Part shown: in pieces, positions 59,099-64,000 of the stretch
Layout: every line of letters begins with the position of its first letter
How positions within the stretch are numbered: position 1 is the stretch's first letter
NCBI GenBank assembly: GCA_951406725.2
Contig: OX597816.1
Location: 104,904,001 to 104,968,000 of the forward strand
Length of the DNA stretch: 64,000 bases
Source: Octopus vulgaris
Taxonomy: Eukaryota
Reading direction: 5' to 3'
Notes under the pieces: model-generated
What the model was told of the DNA's origin: nothing
Database searches by the model: none
Seen by the model: only the letters and a program-made list of their open reading frames with translations
Position numbers and translations under genes: made by a program

Positions 59099-61255
59099 TC
59101 AATAGAGAATAATGTAAGATATCTTAATAATTTCTAATAATATGTATACATATGATTGTATGTCTCTGTAGCTGTGTTCTGTTGATATAAATATGTATGT
59201 AGGGTTTGCGCTTTAATTAAAGCTTATCTTAATTAATGATATATCCATGCAAAATTAATATGCTACTATTAATTATAAATATTATTAATTGTAACATATA
59301 CGTTACTTACGAAATAAGGATACGAATGGATAGCAAAACTGAAAATATATAAGCTTCTAATGCGGAAGACATTTAATGAAATATCTTGTTTTAGACGTCA
59401 CATTCAACACACTAATCTGGAAGGTTATTTTCTTTATAAACACAAGTTTCTAATATATATTGTTACCACGTTCTAGTTGATAAAGGATTCAAATAGTAAA
59501 ACATTGTCATGTTTGGAAGAAAACATGAAAATTCCAACTCAATATTACAACTACTTCATATTGACATACGCATTAATCTATAATTCATCATATGAAATCA
59601 TATTGGAATGTTGCAAACATCTGTTGAAGACGATCGCAATACGTGTACATGTTATTGTTTTGTTTTGTCTTGTTTTTTAATATATTGTCTCGTTCAAGTA
59701 ATAAAGAAGCCAATTCTAACAAAATGAAATTGATGTCAGTGAACTCTAAATACTTATGAATCTAAAACAAGACAATATAAAGTAAAAGGTTGAATTATAA
59801 ATAAAAAAAAACACAACATGCCATGTAAACAATGTATTTATCACATAAGATATGTCTATGAAGCGACAAAATCCTTTATCAACCCTGTAGCTACTTTCAG
59901 CTGCTCATTAGTGCACTTTTAAGTTCAAGCTTAAAACTGTCTCTGAAATCTGACAAGGCGCCAGGCATTATGACAGAGTGTAATGGATTTTCTCTTTTAC
60001 GTTGCTCCCCGAGATGACCTTAATACAGAAAGAACTCGATTTAGCTGCAGTTTTAACAGTTAAAAATATAAATGTAAAATACATTAGCGTGTTTTTAGTT
60101 GTTATGTGCAACTAATTATTTAAGAATGATTAACAGAAAAGTGGATTCTATAGATAGGTGGGTGTAATTTAGTATATAGAAATTATCACGTGACACTTTT
60201 TAGTAACTAAACAATAACCCCTGCCAGTCAAGCTGACAAGAAAGTAGAGAAGCTTGGTGACATTCTAATGTTTTGTCGATGTTGAATTTATTGAAGAAAG
60301 TTGTCTAATGAGTGAAATAAGTGTTACAAAGAAACGAAATACCTCGGTCGAATGTGATCAGGAAACTACGAAATGATAAATGACATTTGAGAATTCATGA
60401 AACAAGGTAAAATATAGTACTTCTGACGTGGGTGACTTAGATGTCTTGAGATAATGACTACCTACAGACATATCTTTTAAAGTAATGTAAGTGGTTTTAT
60501 AGAGTATAGCAAGATGAGACTTGAATGGTAGTTGTATGAGCAACTACTTTAACTTGATAGATGCCGGAAATATATTCATAGTGTACGACTGAAATATCAC
60601 TTTTTTTTTTTTGCTGTGAAATAAAATAATAGCATATCAAGATAGTTTTTTTAAGAGAATATACTAATGAAGAATAATGAATAATAAACCTTCAAAAAAC
60701 ATATGAATAATTATAACGTCTGTTGCGAACATTGTCAACGATATGACATTTTGCTGGGCTTCAAAATCTAGATATCTAAATTATCTTTATAGACTCAGAA
60801 AGTAAAAGTATACAATGTTTACAAGTGTCGTATCTTCAGCAAACCTCTAAAAGCTTCCTGGACGCGGTTAGCCACTTATTGTACTTTATAAACACTTTAT
60901 TAAAGTGACAATCATCCAATCCACTTATGTGTTCATCTGTCCAGGAAGGTAATGTTGTTGAGTGTGAGCAATAACGACTGAGTTAAACTTTAATATTAAA
61001 GTAATATGTGTGTTTTTGAGTGCATCCGTGTATGTGTGTGGGCGTTGATGAATGTGTGTGTGTGTGTGTGTACATGCGTACATGTACGTGTTTGTATGTG
61101 TGTTTCTATGTACGCGTGGCGGAAAAATAGGATTCTGCTATTTTTACCTAACATAAATGTTGGCATGCACACATTATATAGATTGTTACTTTTCGTTTCA
61201 TGTCCCATGTATCCGTGTGTGTATGTGTGTGTGTGTGCGTACATGTGTGTCTGTA

Positions 61256-61287
<32 letters not shown>

Positions 61288-61968
61288 CGTACATGTGTGT
61301 GTATCTGTGTGTGTGTATGACAATCTTCACCACAATATATTACATACGATCATAGAACATCTAGAATTGTGTTCATAGCTTACGAATATGGATATTTATC
61401 TTCTAATATCAAAATATTTCATACATACCTATGCTAGCAAGTAAGTTAACTGTGTGTTTATTTTTATGTTTATACTGTTTCGGAAACGGTCAAACGCTTT
61501 CACCCGACAGGTTCCTGTTATTTTAAAAAGTTACAACCTCCTATTCAATCAGCTTTGAATGTTCCTTTGATGAATTGCTATCAAACTATCAATACATAGT
61601 TTATAGATATTTATCGGCCATATTGTTCGTAAACCTCACGGTTGTCTGAAACTCTGAGTAACAGATTGTGATAAAGTTTCAGCTTCAATAAAGCAATATT
61701 TTAATCTGTTTTACTCTACCTTTGGGATTTGAGTGCTTTTTTCTCCTACTTCTTTTACACCTATGTGCTCGCTTGTCTGTATATGTATTTATATATGTGT
61801 GTGTGTGAGTCATACACACGCGCACACAAACATATATATACATGTACATGTACGTTAGTATATAATAGGCAGAAAGTATCTGTGTGTATATATTTATATA
61901 TGTATGCATATATGCAGGTATGCATGAGCATATTTATATGTATATATATATATATATATATATGTGTA

Positions 61969-61999
<31 letters not shown>

Positions 62000-62199
62000 G
62001 TATGTATGAATGTATATATGTATGTATATATGTATGTATCTAATGTAGGATAAAATTTTTTTCCCAAAACAATTTTATCAATGGCCAGCATATTGAAAAA
62101 TATCTTTAAAGGTTAAATTTATAAACAATTCGTTTGCCCTTATTTATGAATTGTTTATATATGTATGTATGTATGTATGTATATATACATATATATAAC

Positions 62200-62340
62200 T
62201 TTTACTTGTTTTAGGCAGTAGCCTGTGGTCATGCTGGGGCACAGCGTATAGATTCTAGTACTTAATTCTTAAAACTGAAGCGCTAGATTACGCAGATGCG
62301 TAAACCTACCAGCACCGACTGTCAAGTCGTGTGTGCACAT
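62200..62340 (-). mobile_element. Degenerate SINE family B fragment
   Basis: TTTTACTTGTTT..GTCATGCTGGGGCAC. Confidence 0.55.
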
Positions 62341-63162
62341 GTATTGATATATACATAAATGTATACATTCATAGATTTTTAGGGTTTGAAGTAGAAGTCA
62401 CATACAGTCACGCACACACAAACGCACATAAGTATTCATGTACCGACGTCTGTATGTATAGGCGTGTGTATGATTTTCTTGTAAGCATGCCGTATTAAGT
62501 ACACATATGCTATAATGTTGCCTGGAAACTTTATGCAATTCATTTGGCCCTACCTTCCTTGTTTCTTGACTGTGTGATATGATCTGTGTTTCTGCCGCTT
62601 TATAGTAGATGGATAAATACGGCTGAAGTTCACATCTCCGCAGGAATTTCAATTATTTACCGCTCGGTTTATTTGCCAGAGAGTTACCAGTTTATTTTAG
62701 CTTCTGACCAGTGGATGTTATCTGTTACTTTCTTTCCTAATACTTATGTCTAAAAATGTCGTCGTTATAAATATTGACCGCATAATTCAGTATTCAATAC
62801 GTAGCGAATCAATTTTGCCCGCAGATATAAAACAATTGTGAAATTACACCACTTACGAATTCTAATTGCTCAAAAGCACCAACGCACAAGATTGTTAAGA
62901 ATCTAAGTAACATAATCAAACATGATAAAACGGAAAGATTCATTATAAGTTCATATAAAGAGTTTCAATGACTTTTATGAACTGCTGATAAAGTGGTTTT
63001 GTTGTTTTTCTTTAATTAGAGCTAGAAATTTTTGTTTTCATTTCATAATTTTGCTGAAGGGCAAGTTGAACCAGGTAATCGTGTGTTGGGGGTTGTGTTT
63101 GTGTGTGTGTGTGATAGAGAGACAGGGGGGTCTGTGTGTGTGTGAGGGGTTTATGTGTATGT

Positions 63163-63216
<54 letters not shown>

Positions 63217-63368
63217 TATCATTTTGAACCCTGTTGCTTACAACGAGAATTTCTTCCATGGCAAATTGCAGTGTGAATTGCTTTTTTTAATGGTCAGATA
63301 TGTTCCGAGCATATCAACTGATTTACACGTTTTATTTCACTGCTTTCACATCCTACAACATATTTTGT

Positions 63369-63655
63369 TCTAGCCCGACCGGCGTCGCACGTAATCAGTT
63401 GATAATTTGTACGGATTATTACAAGGGAGCCATCGTTTTCAGAGTAATTTCAGTACTGTCTCTGTTATGACAGTTGATGATAGTCAAATAGCTTGAAATG
63501 CATGCATCGTGCCAGCAGAGGGCGCCGTGAGATGACTATAGGTTTTTTCTGACACCTATTGCCTAAAGCGAGAATTTTCTCCACGATAAATTGCAGTGAT
63601 AATGGCTTTTTTACAGCCCAAATATGTCGCAAACATATTTGAAATTATATAAAAG
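63369..63655 (-). mobile_element. Possible non-autonomous Helitron-like element
   Basis: Minus strand ends in GC-rich cgtgcgacgccggtcggg followed by CTAG. Confidence 0.3.
63510..63528 (+). promoter_or_regulatory. CTCF-like binding motif
   Basis: tgCCAGCAGAGGGCGCcgt matches the CCASYAGRKGGCRS core. Confidence 0.45.
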
Positions 63656-64000
63656 TGTGTTGTGTATGTATGTGTGCGTGTTTGTGTGAGCGTTTGTGTG
63701 TGTTTATATACGCACACTTACATACATGCAAATATATATATGTATACAAACATATATATGTATTTATGTGTGCATTTATGTATGCATTTATGCATATGTA
63801 TGTATGTATGCACGTATGTATGTATGTATGTTCAGACATGTTCCGTTTCTTACTGCTTCACACTAAAGCTATTCTCTATAGAAATACACTACATCTCATC
63901 TCACTTTATGTTCTCGGATAATCAGATTAACTATGCCTTATTCCTTTTAACATAACTTTAATTTCGTGATGCAATTTCATCTAACAAAGAATCCACAGAG

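Noticed and set aside
60805-60845. Hammerhead-like CTGAAGA on the minus strand
   Set aside because: GAAA absent and stem I does not pair; the lone CTGATGA hits at ~2545, ~7695, ~27200 and ~48549 were rejected for the same reason

Overview
This is AT-rich, microsatellite-saturated eukaryotic non-coding DNA. The SINE families and the density of (TA)n/(CA)n/(TAA)n/(GATA)n suggest an octopus (coleoid cephalopod) genome; that assignment is inferred, not proven. I recognise no intact protein-coding gene. Nearly all ORFs in the track are microsatellite translations, and there are only a few low-confidence candidate exons. The interpretable content is transposon-derived: several tRNA-derived SINE families, R4/Dong-type LINE fragments at (TAA)n, an L1/Tx1-like 3' end at (TATC)n, and Chapaev3-like, mariner and hAT relics. 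The most striking signal is a dense set of Penelope-like-element (PLE) remnants. They carry inverted terminal repeats (fold-backs), sit in or next to (TA)n tracts, and contain minimal type-I hammerhead ribozyme motifs (CUGANGA...GAAA-short/palindromic stem III-UH), several with intact cores. All alignments and folds were done by eye.
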